A program made the position numbers and the translations under genes. From Guillardia theta CCMP2712 (Eukaryota; Protista; Cryptophyta), in assembly GCF_000315625.1 (NCBI RefSeq), contig NW_005434657.1, positions 687,551 through 751,550 on the forward strand: a stretch of 64,000 nucleotides of DNA. The letters run 5' to 3'. The notes under the pieces are model-generated. The model was not told the origin of the DNA. It worked only from the letters and a program-made list of their open reading frames with translations, and searched no databases. Positions within the stretch are counted from its first letter, which is position 1. Each line of letters begins with the position of its first letter. This document shows positions 41,069 to 53,435 of the stretch, in pieces.

Positions 41069-41490
41069 GTAGCACAAGTGTGATGCCCTCGGGAGCTCAA
41101 TAGCGACCATTACAGCAGAGCACCCTCGGACATGCTCAGAACAGTCTCCTCTCCTTGCTCACTCCTGCCTCCCTCCTCCCCTCCTGCTTTCATCTTGCCG
41201 TCCCACTGAGCATTTCATTGTGCCCACCGCCGGAAACCCCTAACTAAAAAACAATATTTTTTGTAAATATTGTAAATATTGTTTTAAAGAGGTGTATTGA
41301 GAATCCAAGAGAGTGAAATTGTTTCTGGTACTATTGATTCCGATCTCCAGTCAATACTTTTTTTAGTACTGAAAAAGTCAAAAGCTAAAACAACAAAAAC
41401 ATTTTATATTTGTACGGTACATATATTGCAAATTTTTGGAGAATGAAAAAAAACTTGACCGCCTTCTCAAAGTTTTCAACCGACCGGCGA

Positions 41491-44400
41491 ATGGTGGTAC
41501 CATGGCTGCGGGTTTTGGTAGCGGCGGCGATGGCGGCGATGGCGAGGGGGAAGGGCAGGGCAGAGCAGAGCGTCTTCCTGGACGGGAAGCAAGGGGGTAT
41601 GCACGCGCTCCTCCTCCAGCTCGCCTTTTCTTCTTGAGCCTTTCTTGTTCATCTCCTTTCCTCCACCAGAGCTCGTTTTTCCTATTCCTCCTCTCGGGTG
41701 TCATATCTCTTACACCTGCTTTGAGCAGCATTCGCGGACAAATATCCCCCAGACCCAGGGTTTGTGTTCGTCAATCCTCGTCGATCCTCGCAGACATCAG
41801 CTCCGACGTGGTTTGAAGTGCCGGGGTCGTTGACCCTAGATGGGTGGATGAGACCGAGGAATCTCTTCATCGGCACAGACATAGAGGGAGGAGTGATTAG
41901 CTGCCTTGTCACCGATGACAAGCTGGCATCCTACAGCGGCTTCGGGGTTCTTGTGAGCGGGCAGCAGTTCAGGGGGAATCTTTTGTTCAAGGCGACGGTC
42001 GGGTCGACTCAGCAGACCATCAACAGCACCATCAGCGAGAACACCTGGTATTACTTCACAGCCATCTTCAACCGGGGCTCCTGCACCAATCAAGTGTGCT
42101 CGCCGTCAAGCATGAGTTTGTACATCAACTCTGTCAGAGTTGCTTCCAGCACGTTTCAGTCATCTGACGGTGAGATCATATTTGCTCTGAAGGTGATGAA
42201 GTGAAGATACTGGCAGGAATCTCATTCTGGCCTTCGAATGACCTGCTGATCGGGAAACAGTTTCCTATCCCCAGCAATCTCAACAGCCAGCAATACTTTG
42301 CTGGGCTACTGGACGAGATGAGGTTCTGGTCAAGAGCAGTGAGCACTGCAGAAATCCCGATCCTGCAGTACTCCACCATAGGACTGACGACTCCTGTCGC
42401 AACATCCCTTCAGGCGTATTGGAACTTCAATGAGGTAGACGTATTTTCATTTCCTCTCTTTCTTTTGACATCTTTTCATTTCCTCCCTTGCTTTGGCAAC
42501 GTCATGTCAGGCGGTCTGTACGCCAGACCTCTGCAGGTGAATCCAAAACCAACCGACTTCTTTTGCTTAAGCTAATCAATCTCATTCAGGGCTGGCAATC
42601 AGCTCTGGGCACAGACTCAGGATGGTTCTTACATTTTGCAGTCAAGCCCCTCAAATTCGCCGCAATGGTGTGTTTGACATGCTTGCGTAGTAAATTCTAC
42701 TGACGGTTCAGCCAAGTCTGGCGGTTTCCTCATACGTCAACGTCACGGCAGCTATTCCCGTGGAGATCAACAGCTGTGGCAATTCTCCTCCAGACAACAT
42801 GCGCTGGTCCAAGTCGAACCTGGAAGCAGGGGGGCAACTACGTCCGGCCAGTAGGTTTGAAGCGTGTCTCTCCATCGATGCCGTGGGTCCGTGGGATGGG
42901 ATGAACATCTACATCGCGAATTGTATCCAGGGCGCAACAAACCAGCAGTGGGAAATCACTGCTACAGGACAGATCCGAAGTCAACTCACAGGGACGTGCT
43001 TGACGGTGAGAAGCATGAATCGTTCACCAGTCGTTCCTGATCGATGTTATTCAGGCTGGCGACACTGCAATAGGTGGAGTTGACCTTTGCTGTTCTTGCA
43101 CAATCAGGTTCTCACACCTTGTTGCACAGGCTCTAGCGTGTACATCATCGACTGCTACGACTTTCAGATCGGAGCTGTTCCCTTCATTGCGCTCGACGTC
43201 ATGAACAGACATCATGGCAGCTTCAAGGGGACAGCCAAGTTCTCAACGCTGGGAGACTCGCTGGGTTGCTGTGCCCCCATCGACACGCCTCCTGAAGTGA
43301 TCTCCATCGGGGCAGACAACGTGGTTGCGGGTCAAGACATCGTGATAGCCGGGGCAATTGGCAAGACGATCACCGTCGAGGTCCTGGCAAGGGACAAGAA
43401 CGTCAATGACGGAGTCACTATCATGATGCTCGTCCCGCCCAGCGCTGACGCCGTTTTCGCACCCTTTGACACAGCGCTGAATCCTCGCGTCTACACCTTC
43501 ACCTGGAGGCCCCTGCTGTCAACCAACTGGACTAACCCCACCTACGCCGTGTTCCAGGCCTTCGATACCCCGACCAACGAGTACAACGCGAGCGACCCAG
43601 CAGACCGAGCCTTCTCGCTGAGAGCTTCGCTGCGGATAGAAATTAGGATCCCTCCGCTGCTCGTGTCCCCCACCCCTGTGGACGGCACAGTCTTCACGGT
43701 CAACTTCGGTTCCCAGCTCTCCTTCACCGTTTCGGTGGAGACCCGAGACCCGACAGAAGTAGTTCGCGTCGACTTCGTGGAGGCTGGTCAGTCCTGGTTG
43801 CTGCCGCCGCCATCGAACGTGGTGATCGGGCCTCAAGTCCCGACCCCCACGCCTACCGTGAACGGGATGGTGGACCGCTACAACCCGACGTCGAGGACGT
43901 GGACGTTTGCGGCGGAGGCGAGCGACTCCGGCAAGACCTACGAGGTTTGCTTCTACGGGTCCAAGGTGAACGTGCTGGGGACGGACAGCAGGACTGAGAT
44001 CCGATGCGTGAGGATTGTAATACCCATGCCTCGACCAGTGTTCTTGGCCGGGACGACGGCGAACAACACAAACTTCACGTCTCTTGTTGGCTGCGGTACT
44101 TACTTCGACGTGCTGATAGGACAGAATGACACGTCCACCGCCTACACCGTCTACGTCACTCCCAGTCATTACGTGCGCTTCCTCTTCAATGGGACGGGAC
44201 TTGTGTATAACGGGCTCCCCCCGCGAGCGAGGTTCGTGCAGACAGACGTGTTGGGGTACAGCTTCAACTTCTCCTGGGACCATGACATCGGGGAGGAGGG
44301 GCAGTGGATCGTTTGCTTCGAGCTGTCCGACAACGTGAACATCTCCCGAGTCACCCGCTGCGTCTACATCAACGTCCCTCGCTGCAGGCGCTGTATCAGG

Positions 44401-44768
44401 GCAGGGGACACGCTCGAGAAAATCGTGAAGCTGTACGGGTCCAGCTGGATCGAACTGTTTGGTGAGCTTCCACTCTGTGGTGAACCTCCTCTGACGCAAC
44501 TGCAGCCGTCAACCCAGCCCTCAACGGCAACCCAGACGACCTGCGACCCGGCGACGTGCTGAACGTAGGGGTGATCTACAGGATCTTCAGCGCCAAGACG
44601 CTCGTGGAGGTCTCCAACCAGACGCGGTCGACGACGCGACTGATTCGGCTGCTCAACCCGGACATCAACTCAGACGTCTGGAGCTTTCAAGCGTATGATA
44701 GGATATGTATCCTCCCAGCAATGTGCGGGGACACTTGTGCTGGGTCTGCCAACTGCGATAGACCTTGA
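41491..44768 (+). CDS. Secreted multilectin: LamG/ConA-like + ricin-B + Ig-like domains + two C-terminal LysM
   Basis: Signal peptide MVVPWLRVLVAAAMAAMARG. LamG: SLTLDGW, ENTWYYFTAIF, FAGLLDEMRFWSRA, YWNFNE. Ricin-B: CLSID..NC..NQQWEITATGQIRS..CLT. LysM: IRAGDTLEKIVKLYGSSWIELF|AVNPALNGNPDDLRPGDVLNV. Second, degenerate LysM: ..LNPDI..RICILP. Confidence 0.82.
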
Positions 44769-44869
44769 TCCTGCGATCTGACAAGTCCATGCCTCTCATC
44801 TTCGATGCTTCTTGTACATGTTTCCTTGTAAATATTGTATCCATTCATCTCCTGCCCGTTGCGCCTTTA

Positions 44870-44990
44870 TCTTCTCTTCTCTTCTCTTCTCTTCTCTTCT
44901 CTTCTCTTCTCTTCTCTTCTCTTCTCTTCTCTTCTCTTCTCTTCTCTTCTAAAACTTCTTCTCTTCTCTTCTAAAACTTCTTCTCTTCTC
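44870..44990 (+). repeat. (CTTCT)n microsatellite
   Basis: Tandem pentamer downstream of the LysM gene. Confidence 0.9.
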
Positions 44991-45549
44991 TGCTCGCCTC
45001 TCCTTCACTCTCGTCGACTTGTTGTGAAGCAAACCAAGGAGGACGCGAGGATCATCCCTACAAACCCGCCTCAAGCAAACTAATGCTTGATGGCTTTGAC
45101 ATGTGCGATACAGGGGGTACTGGTAATTGTAGTACCGGTACTTGATCGAATCGAGAGAGAGAATTTAGTATCAAAAGAGGAATCTGATGGGGTGGGTGGT
45201 GTACAAAGCAGGGGTGGTAATTATGTTGACCGCTACCAGTCAGGAGGCAACACAATGGATTGATGGTAGTGGAGAGCAGCGGGAAGGGAGGAAGGGAAGG
45301 GAAGGAGAAGGAGAAGGACAGGAGGGAGGGAAGGATGGCGGGAGAGGGGAAAGGGAGAGAAGCATGATGAAACGGAAGGTTCCTCTATTGTAGTTCGTGA
45401 TTACATTTCTTGACGAGCTTTTTGAGCATTTTCAGCAGGCAACGGAGTGTAAGCAGAAGATTCTAGTGTTGAGAGTCTGGTGAAGACGTCCAGCCTTCTT
45501 GAACGACGAGCAGACCCATGTAAGACGAGTCGTCACTACTGATCGTGAC

Positions 45550-47549
45550 ATGGCGTGGTCCGTTGCTTCTTGTATCCTCCTGCTTGTTGGAGGGCAGTTC
45601 ATCGGAACCAGCGCGCAGACTACGACTGTGTCGAACACGACCAATGTCACTCAGCCGCCCTTTCTCATGGGTAGATGGAAGGTAGCGAGAGAGCCATTCT
45701 TGCCGCAGCAGTGATCGTTGTTGTATCAGGTTGACATCAGGTTTGCCGAAATGAGGAACAACGTTGGACTGCCGAGTGATCGCGACCTCAATTGACTTCC
45801 TCTTGTTGACTGCCATGGCAGATGCTTGCCGGGGGCCGTTTCCTTACACCTACTCTATTCTTTACGTGATGATGTCAGTGCGAGCTATGAGCTAGGGTGA
45901 AAGTTGTGCAGGAGATCTATCAGAAACAAGGATCGGACCTCTACGTGCTATGCAGGCTGGGCGACGATTGCAGCTCATACCCCGCGGAGAAAATCTTGCA
46001 GCAGGCAAGCAGAGAGAAGAGATTGCAAGTGATTGTTCTGAGTCAAACTTTGGACAGACAACCACCAAGATTCTCAAGTCTCGATGCGCGTTTCGACCTC
46101 ACGGACTTTCAGAGTCCAACCTTGACCCTTTCCTGACAGCCAAGTGGATAGTCGATTCGAAGCTGGTGATCGTTCGGAAGTGCCTGCTCTGGTCTGATAT
46201 TTCAACCTTGCAGTCTACAATGTACACAACTCACAGCACAGACTTCCAGACAAAGTTTGGTAAACAGCTCTAGTCCATCACCTCGTGCATGATTATGCTG
46301 CAAAGGGTTTGCCAAAGATAGTGAGGGCAAAGACATTTTTCCAACGCTCTGGTCTCGCTGGCATGTGCCGTCCGAGGTAACTTGGAATGCTCCTGTCAGC
46401 AGCGGCTCATTTATTGTATAGGACAAGTTTCCCATGGATGAAGTACCATGGTCTCCCCTCCCCTCCCCTCTCCTCCCCATCTGTCCCTCATATCTCCTTC
46501 TCTTCAGGGGAAGAATCTGCGCTCAGTTTGACTGGCCCGACGTCACTGCGCTGGGAGATGGATACGCCAATGCGGTGCAGCAGTCATGCAGTATCTGTTC
46601 GCATCTGACCGGACGTGTCAGTACTATCGCAATGCTCTGCGGCATGAGAACATGACGTGGGTCTGGATCAAGGACATCTCAAGTTGCAAGTAGTCGCTGC
46701 CTGTCACGCTCATTCATCGCCCTCGTGACACTGAGTTCAGGTGCTTTCCCAGCTGCTATCAGTGCACGTACAGGGTCGCGGGTCAGTAGCCCCTCATACC
46801 TCACGAGTGGAACATGACGCTGTGGCAGGACTGAGCCCGCAGTTCGAGTTCATCAACAAGACTTGTAGGAGGGGGGATGAGGTTCGCAACTGCTGACGTC
46901 ACGCGCAGGCCTCGCGACCTACAAGAACACGATAGATGACTGCGAGTACAAGATCGTCGGAGTGGGTGTGACAAGGCCCTTCTTGACATCTTGTTTGCTG
47001 ACTGACCAATGTTGCGCAGGTGGGGGGCCGATGGTGTATCCGACAGCGATCACGGACATGCCATGTAAGTCAAACCCTACAGAGAAGCAGCCGCGTCCCT
47101 GACTGACGTGTCAACTTGTAGTGGACGATAACGGCAACCCAAGGATGTGTTATGTCTACTCGCAGGCACTTGACTGCCTTCTATCTCGATCTTCCTCCTC
47201 CTCTGACTCCCTCGTCCTCCTCCTCTGACTCCCTCGTCCTCCTCCTCTGACTCTCTCGTGAAGATCGTAGGCACCAAGGTGCTGGCGGCAAAGGACGTGC
47301 AAGTGCCCGGAGGCGTGATAAGAGCTCTGAGTAGGATCACCAGCCTCCTTGTCTGCACGAACTTCTAACGAGGTCCTTGTCCCAGACCTGACAGGCTCGT
47401 CGTCGACGCTCGATCGTTCCTTCCTGAGGGCGTCAACGATGATGTTTCATCTCAGCGTAAGGGGAGGAAGGAGGCACTCCAGTGTCTCATGGCTACTGGC
47501 AGGTTGTCTTGTTGCTCATTCGAGCTTCGACCGACTTCTGAGGGCCTAG
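45550..47549 (+). CDS. Putative secreted Cys-containing protein with many short exons, unknown function
   Basis: Signal peptide MAWSVASCILLLVGGQFIGTSA. Repeated GT..AG introns separate short Cys-containing exons (GRICAQFDWP, QSCSICSHL, CFPSCYQC). Structure and end uncertain. Confidence 0.5.
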
Positions 47550-47790
47550 ACAATAAAGTTGAAGAGAAAAAGACTGTCGGATGTCTCAATCAAGCGCCGC
47601 TTGCAAAGACGTGTTCAATGACATGTGCATGTGCTTGAAGTGATGTTGCTTTCGTTTTGAGTTGGAGTGAAGACAAGTGCTTTTAGCTCAACTATCAGAG
47701 GGGGTCAAACAAATCGTGCTAAAGGCATCCTTGACAAGTTCCTTTTTTGAAACACAGACAGCAAGACGGAGATTGTGAGCATACTTTCTA

Positions 47791-49135
47791 TCAATATCTC
47801 AGCCCCAACTGAGTCAGGGAGCCCCATGCTACGAACTTGCTCTGGACCTCATCGAATATGAGGCAGTAGAAGGCATCTTCGCTCTCCGCGCACGTGTGAT
47901 TTCTCTGGCATACCCAAGTGAGGTATCGATCGCGCACCATCAGCTTCCCCAGCCCACCAGTCAACCAGTCACTCGCTCGCGCCACGAACTGTGAGGTCAG
48001 CAGCTCAGTCCACGTGAAGTTGAGCCAGCACCTTGAACTGTGTGCTTCGGAGCCTCGGGGAAGTGCAAGAGGAACACAAGTCGACGACAAGTTTCCTTGC
48101 TGGGAGACACCGTACAGCTTCACGTCCACATAGTCAGAGGCGTTGACCTCCGAGGGGAAGTCAAGCTGCTGGAAGTTTTCTTTGCATCTCCAAGAGCACT
48201 CGGACGTGTAGTGAGCGAAGAGAGGGATGTGCGACTGACATGGCACGCACCTACTAGTGAGGACGATTGTGCTTATGGAGCTATCCCCGAGGTACAAGAG
48301 ATCTCCAGACTTCGACACTCTGAGAGAATATAGCCTCAACCCTGTCCCTCCAGCTGGGAGGATGCTGGAAGTAGTGACGGCATAACTTTCAGTAGAGATG
48401 TTGTAAATCAAATCGTCCCATCCCATCATTAGAAGCCACTTGCCGTCTGGTGAGATAGCAAGATTGTATGACGCGACTTGCAATGTCTGGACCGTTGACA
48501 CATTCCCGTCAGAAGTACTCACCTTTCTTATGCTTGTTCGAATGTAGCCGCTGGGGCAGTCGCTGACGTACAAGAAGTTGTTGTCCGAGGAAAGCACAAG
48601 ACCGTAAATCCAGTAAAAACTTCGCGTCCGTTGCGCTTCCGTCGCTCGTTCCCCTGGTGGACCCAGCAAGAGTTGACACGGTTTGAGTCGGCAGGTGAAT
48701 TTTGCGAATTCTCGCCCAGTGATTGTCCAAATCGCACACGTAGAGATGCTGGTCGTCAGGCGTGATTGCGAGCGATTTCAGATAAAGAAACTGAGCAGAC
48801 GTACCAACGCCGTCGCTGATTCCCTTGCTCCCTCCAAGCTGCGAGATCATCTGGAAGTTGCGTTGGAGGTTGTCACGTAGATTGATCGATCATCAGACGT
48901 GATGGCGCAACCCCAAGGATATTCGAGCGGTAGATACTGAAACTCGATCTCCATTCCTCCTGTCACACTGTCCTTGAGCTTGATCCTTGTGACATAGCCA
49001 GGGACTGTGAAGCTCGTGGTGTACAGGTACTCTCCGTCGTTGGACGGAACGATCGCAGCGGTTTGCTCGTACTGATTTTTAACTTAACTTTGAGTAAAGC
49101 TTTTACTCATCTGCGTATCCAGTACAACCAGCGCG
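47791..49135 (-). pseudogene. NHL/beta-propeller + SECSWRC module gene with at least two frame disruptions
   Basis: NHL blades (PWGCAITSDDRSIYV, DGVGTSAQF..LAITPDDQHLYVCD, VSTLAGS..DGSATDAKF|YWIYGLVLSSDNNFLYVSD) are broken by frame changes near 48850 and in the A5 run 48615-48619. Confidence 0.7.
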
Positions 49136-49602
49136 GCTACGAGATTTGACGTCTCCTGTACTCAAAGTTGACGGCGTCAGAAGTTGATTGAACTTTGGAA
49201 CTTCTAAACTTTTGCGTTCGGAAACTTTGAGATGAACTTGAAAAGTTCGAAAGTTTTGTGTGGAAGCATCGGGCCGTGATGGTGCGGGGGGTAGGAAGCA
49301 GGACCGTTGCTCTTTCCCCTCCTGCTCGCTCCTCCTCTCCTCCTCTCCTCTCTCGTTCCTCTTCTCCTCCCTGCGTTACCTCCTCTTCTCCAACCTCACA
49401 ACTGTTGTAGTGCTGCTGCAGTAGCTGTCCTCCAGCTCGTCGACAGCGCTTTCTCACGCTACAAACTGCCAGCGTCATGTTTTCTCAAGACGAGGATCAT
49501 GAAAACCAGGTATGATATGCTCAAGGCACTGGCGTCGTTCTCACACAAGAGCTTCAGTGCAGCATTGATGCTGAAACTTACCTTGATGGAGAGAACAAAG
49601 AC

Positions 49603-52600
49603 ATGTTTTCTTCCAGCAGTAGCGACTTCGAGGAGGACCCTGGTGCTTACCGCAACGACCAGGACGCAAGCGGCACAGCTGTGAACCTTCAAGGCACTGG
49701 CCATGATATTGCTCGACATCTTCTGCCGTCGCGTCCTGGGCCAGGGCATACGGTTTACTCTGATTGGAAGACGGAGGAGTACGATCCGAAGCTTTACAGG
49801 CTGAACATCATTGGTAAGTGCTGTATAGGGGAGGAGCGACGACTGAGTGTTGGTGATGCAGATTACTTTCACGATGTCGAGGGGCGATCTCGGCCATACG
49901 TGGAGGATCAGGAGTACGAGGGTTCAAACATTCGCGCTCAAGATTATTGGTCAGGCTCGTAGTTTGCTCGACGTTGTGCTCACACAACACATGTGACAGG
50001 AACCTGAAGCGGATAGCTAGACAGATCAAAAAAGGATTTCAGTCCACCGACAGCAATTTTTGTAGATACTACCAGAAAGAAAATCTCGCAAAGATAGAGC
50101 AACTTGTCCCCTCTCGACAGGTAGCTTGCGTCTGCTCCTGCCATGCTGTAACTGCCGGCGCTCAGGTTAAGTTCGAGGCTGGAGCGAGGATACGAAGATC
50201 TCTGAGCTTGTATGTATCATGTCTTTGTGTCACTTCCGTCTCATGGCGTTCAGGTACGCCTGGAGGTATCGACGTCGCAAGGCAGCGATCAAGATACAGG
50301 CGACGTACCGCATGCACCTCGTCAAGTTTGTGGTGCAGAAGGAGAGGGCGGAGCGGAGGCAGAGGAACATGGAGCTCAACGCAAGAGAGGAGGTCGTCGT
50401 CTCTCCTCGCATGTGGGCATGCTGACCTCTCCTTTCAGCTGGCAAGAGAGAGGGAGGAAAAGAAGACGGCTGCCTCTCGCCGCAAGACGAGGGTGCGACG
50501 TCCCCTTGTACCGTCAGAGATGCTGAGGGCTGGTATGCAGGGAACGGCGAGCAGAGGAAAGACGGTTGAGATGAAGGAAAGGAAGGAAACAGCGACGAGT
50601 GATAGCGCAGGGTCGATAGAGAGCAGAGCGATCACAAACAAAGGAGTCACGTTTGAAACCATGGACATGGAAGACAAGGATGAGCTGAAACATGAAGATG
50701 CAGAGGGCATGAAGACTGAGATGTTATCTTTTGTGAGTTTTCTGGTGACTTCGACGTTTGTGTACCCACTTTGCTTGACCTGCGACTGAGAATGATCGTG
50801 ACTGTTGTCTTGTTGTGCAGACCAACACAGGTTCAAACTTGGAAGCAGAGATTCTTGTTCTGCAATACGAGGTGAAGCTCGGCAAGGCTGCTCATGTCTT
50901 GTTCATGCCATCCACAGGACGAGAGCGAGGAGGAGGGGACTGAGCAATCGGAGACGTCCTCGTCTTCGTCGACAGATTCGGAAGATGACGAGTATAAGGT
51001 GTCGAGAAAGTTCATTGATGGCATGCCTGATACAATTTGCGTTCATAGGAGGAGCTGAAGAGGATCAAGACTCTGTTGAAGCAGAACGGCATGTCGCGCG
51101 TCGATATCTCTCCTCTCCTCGCGCTGGTCCGAAGGTCCAAGGAAGAAGACGCAAAGTTCAGCGCCATCGAGCAGAGCAAGCTGGAGATGGTCCGCACGAT
51201 CCTCCAGGCAGACGACAAGATGCGAGATAAGTGCGCGGCTTTCGTGCAGGCGTTCTGGAGAGGAAAGATGCAGCGAAGAGCGTTCGAGGAGGAGAGACGA
51301 CAGCAGAAGCTGCAGGCCAAGCTAAGGAGGGATCACTGCATGGCCACTAACATCGCCCGTACCTTCCGAGGTCACATTGCCCGCCGCCTCTTCCGCTACT
51401 CCCTGCTGCACGCGCAGAGGAACGAGAGGATCTCGCGGGTGCTGGAGAACGAGCGGCTGGTGCGCAAGGTCATCCAGGAGAAGCTCGCGGCGCTTCGCCG
51501 TCAGCTCTCCATCGCCGTCAAGCACGTGCAGCGAGTGTTCCGCGGGCACCTGGGGAGGAGGAGGATGGTGGCGCAGCGGAGGTTCGCATGGGAGCTGCTG
51601 CTTCACTCTGCCGCTCGGAGGATCCAGCGGATGTATCGCGACTACGTGGACAGGCAGTGGGCCGCGTACGTGGGGAAGGGAAACCTGCAGGTGCTGGTGG
51701 GGAGCAGAGCAGCGGCGGTGATGAGGATCAGGAGGCAGAGGAGGGCGGGGGAGCAGGGAGGGTCATACACGCTGAAGCCTCCTCTTGCAAGCTTCTACCA
51801 CAAGGACGTGGTCAACAGCGCGAGTAACCTCGAGGACGGCGTGCCCGCGCGAGTCCTCCCTCAACAGGCTCCCCTCCTGCGAATCCCGCCCTCCATGCCG
51901 GCTAGCGAGAGACTGAGAAAGCGGTGGGGGATGAAGGAGGAGGCGGTGCTGGACTCGACTGCTAGGGTTCTCAGCTTGGCTTCTGCGAAACTTGAGTCCC
52001 TGCGTGACTTCCAAGGGGGGGATGATGATGATGATGAGGAGGAGGAGGAGCAGGAGGAGGAGGGTAAACCCTTGAGGAACACCATGGGAGAGCACGCAAG
52101 TTTCAATGTGCTGACCGGGACCGAAGCTTACACCGGGAGAGAGGACGTGGCGAATGGTAGAGGAAGGAGGCCGGACGAGGGCAAGCAAGCGGAGGAAGGG
52201 GACAAGGTTGGGGCTGACGTTATGGAGGATCATGGCAGGGAGGAGGAGGGGGCAGCAAGAGAAGGTCAGGAGGAGGTAGAGGACGGGAGGCTTCTTGAGG
52301 CGAGGAGGTACCGGGAGGAGATGGCGAGGGGAGAGGCCTTGTTCGGCACTGAGCTGGAGCGATTTCACGTGGCTCCGGGGCAGGCTCAGATCATGCCCAA
52401 CTACCTGCGGCTGCAGTTCCGCGAGTCAGCAGAGCGGAGCAGGAGGAAGAAGCTCGCGGCGCTGGGAGACCTGGAGGGAGCGAGGCAGGTCAGGAAGTCG
52501 GAGCTAGCAAGGGGGTCGATCCTCCACTTAGCGCGGGCTCGGGATGAGGTGTACACGAGCCGGGGGATGCGAAAGGTGGGGGGAGGAGGCTTGCCGATGT

Positions 52601-52812
52601 GGGACCAGGTCATGGAGGATGAGGAGGAGGTGGAGGACCTGGAGGCAATCATGGGAAGGAGGGAGAAGGACCGGCAAATGCGATGGAGAAAGCTCAAGAT
52701 CGGTGCTCCCAGCATGAGCCAGACGGTGAAGAGCAGGGAGCTGGATGTGCTGAGGAAGGGGAGGGGAAGCGAGAGGAAGGAGGCGAGTAGGCTGATCAGA
52801 ACGATTAGGTAG
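49603..52812 (+). CDS. IQ-motif (calmodulin-binding) coiled-coil protein
   Basis: IQ motifs AAIKIQATYRMHL, AAFVQAFWRGKMQRR, TNIARTFRGHIARR, KHVQRVFRGHLGRRR and ARRIQRMYRDY. Long final exon ends at 52812. Confidence 0.82.
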
Positions 52813-52916
52813 CAGACAAGCTCGAGGGTCGGGTGAATGTAAAGTATCCAATAGATGAAATAAGATGTCTCACCTCCCTCCCTCCCTCCCTCCCTTCTCC
52901 TCCTCCTCCTCTAAGA

Positions 52917-53400
52917 TCATTTCAGCTCCTGCTCGCCTTGCTCCATGAATGAGGTCAGCATTCGCTTCACCCCTGCTCGATACTCCAACGCCAACTTCCG
53001 GCGAACTTGCGTCGCCTCCTCCCCCTGCCATGACAGACCCACTTCAGACAAGCTGCTCTGTCCTGCCCACATTCCTCTTCTCTTCCTCCCCTCCCCTCTC
53101 CCCTCCTCCACCACCTCCTACTTCTCCTCCTCCTCTCCCTGCGCCCTCTCATCGCCCTCCTGACTCTGCTCTTCACTTGTCTGCGCTCTCACCGGCTTCA
53201 GCTTCTCCTGCTCATCATCGGTCAGCAGGGATCGGGTTGATGGCACAAGCACCATCTCCTTGTCGTCGTCAGCCAGAGACGTCTCCATCCTCTTCAGCTC
53301 CTCCTCGCACAGGCTGATCACCTTCCTTATCGCCTTCGCCCGCAGCTCCTGCGTCACATGTTAGATTTACAACATCTCCTTGTCCTCGTCCTCGTCGACA

Positions 53401-53435
<35 letters not shown>

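Noticed and set aside
41231-41282. Telo-box-like AAACCCCTAA and tandem TGTAAATAT (forkhead-like)
   Set aside because: Imperfect or very short matches in AT-rich DNA with no independent support
43519-44499. 326-aa antisense ORF, and similar shadow ORFs at 60978-61820 and 61746-62741
   Set aside because: Shadow frames of GC-rich coding exons of supported genes
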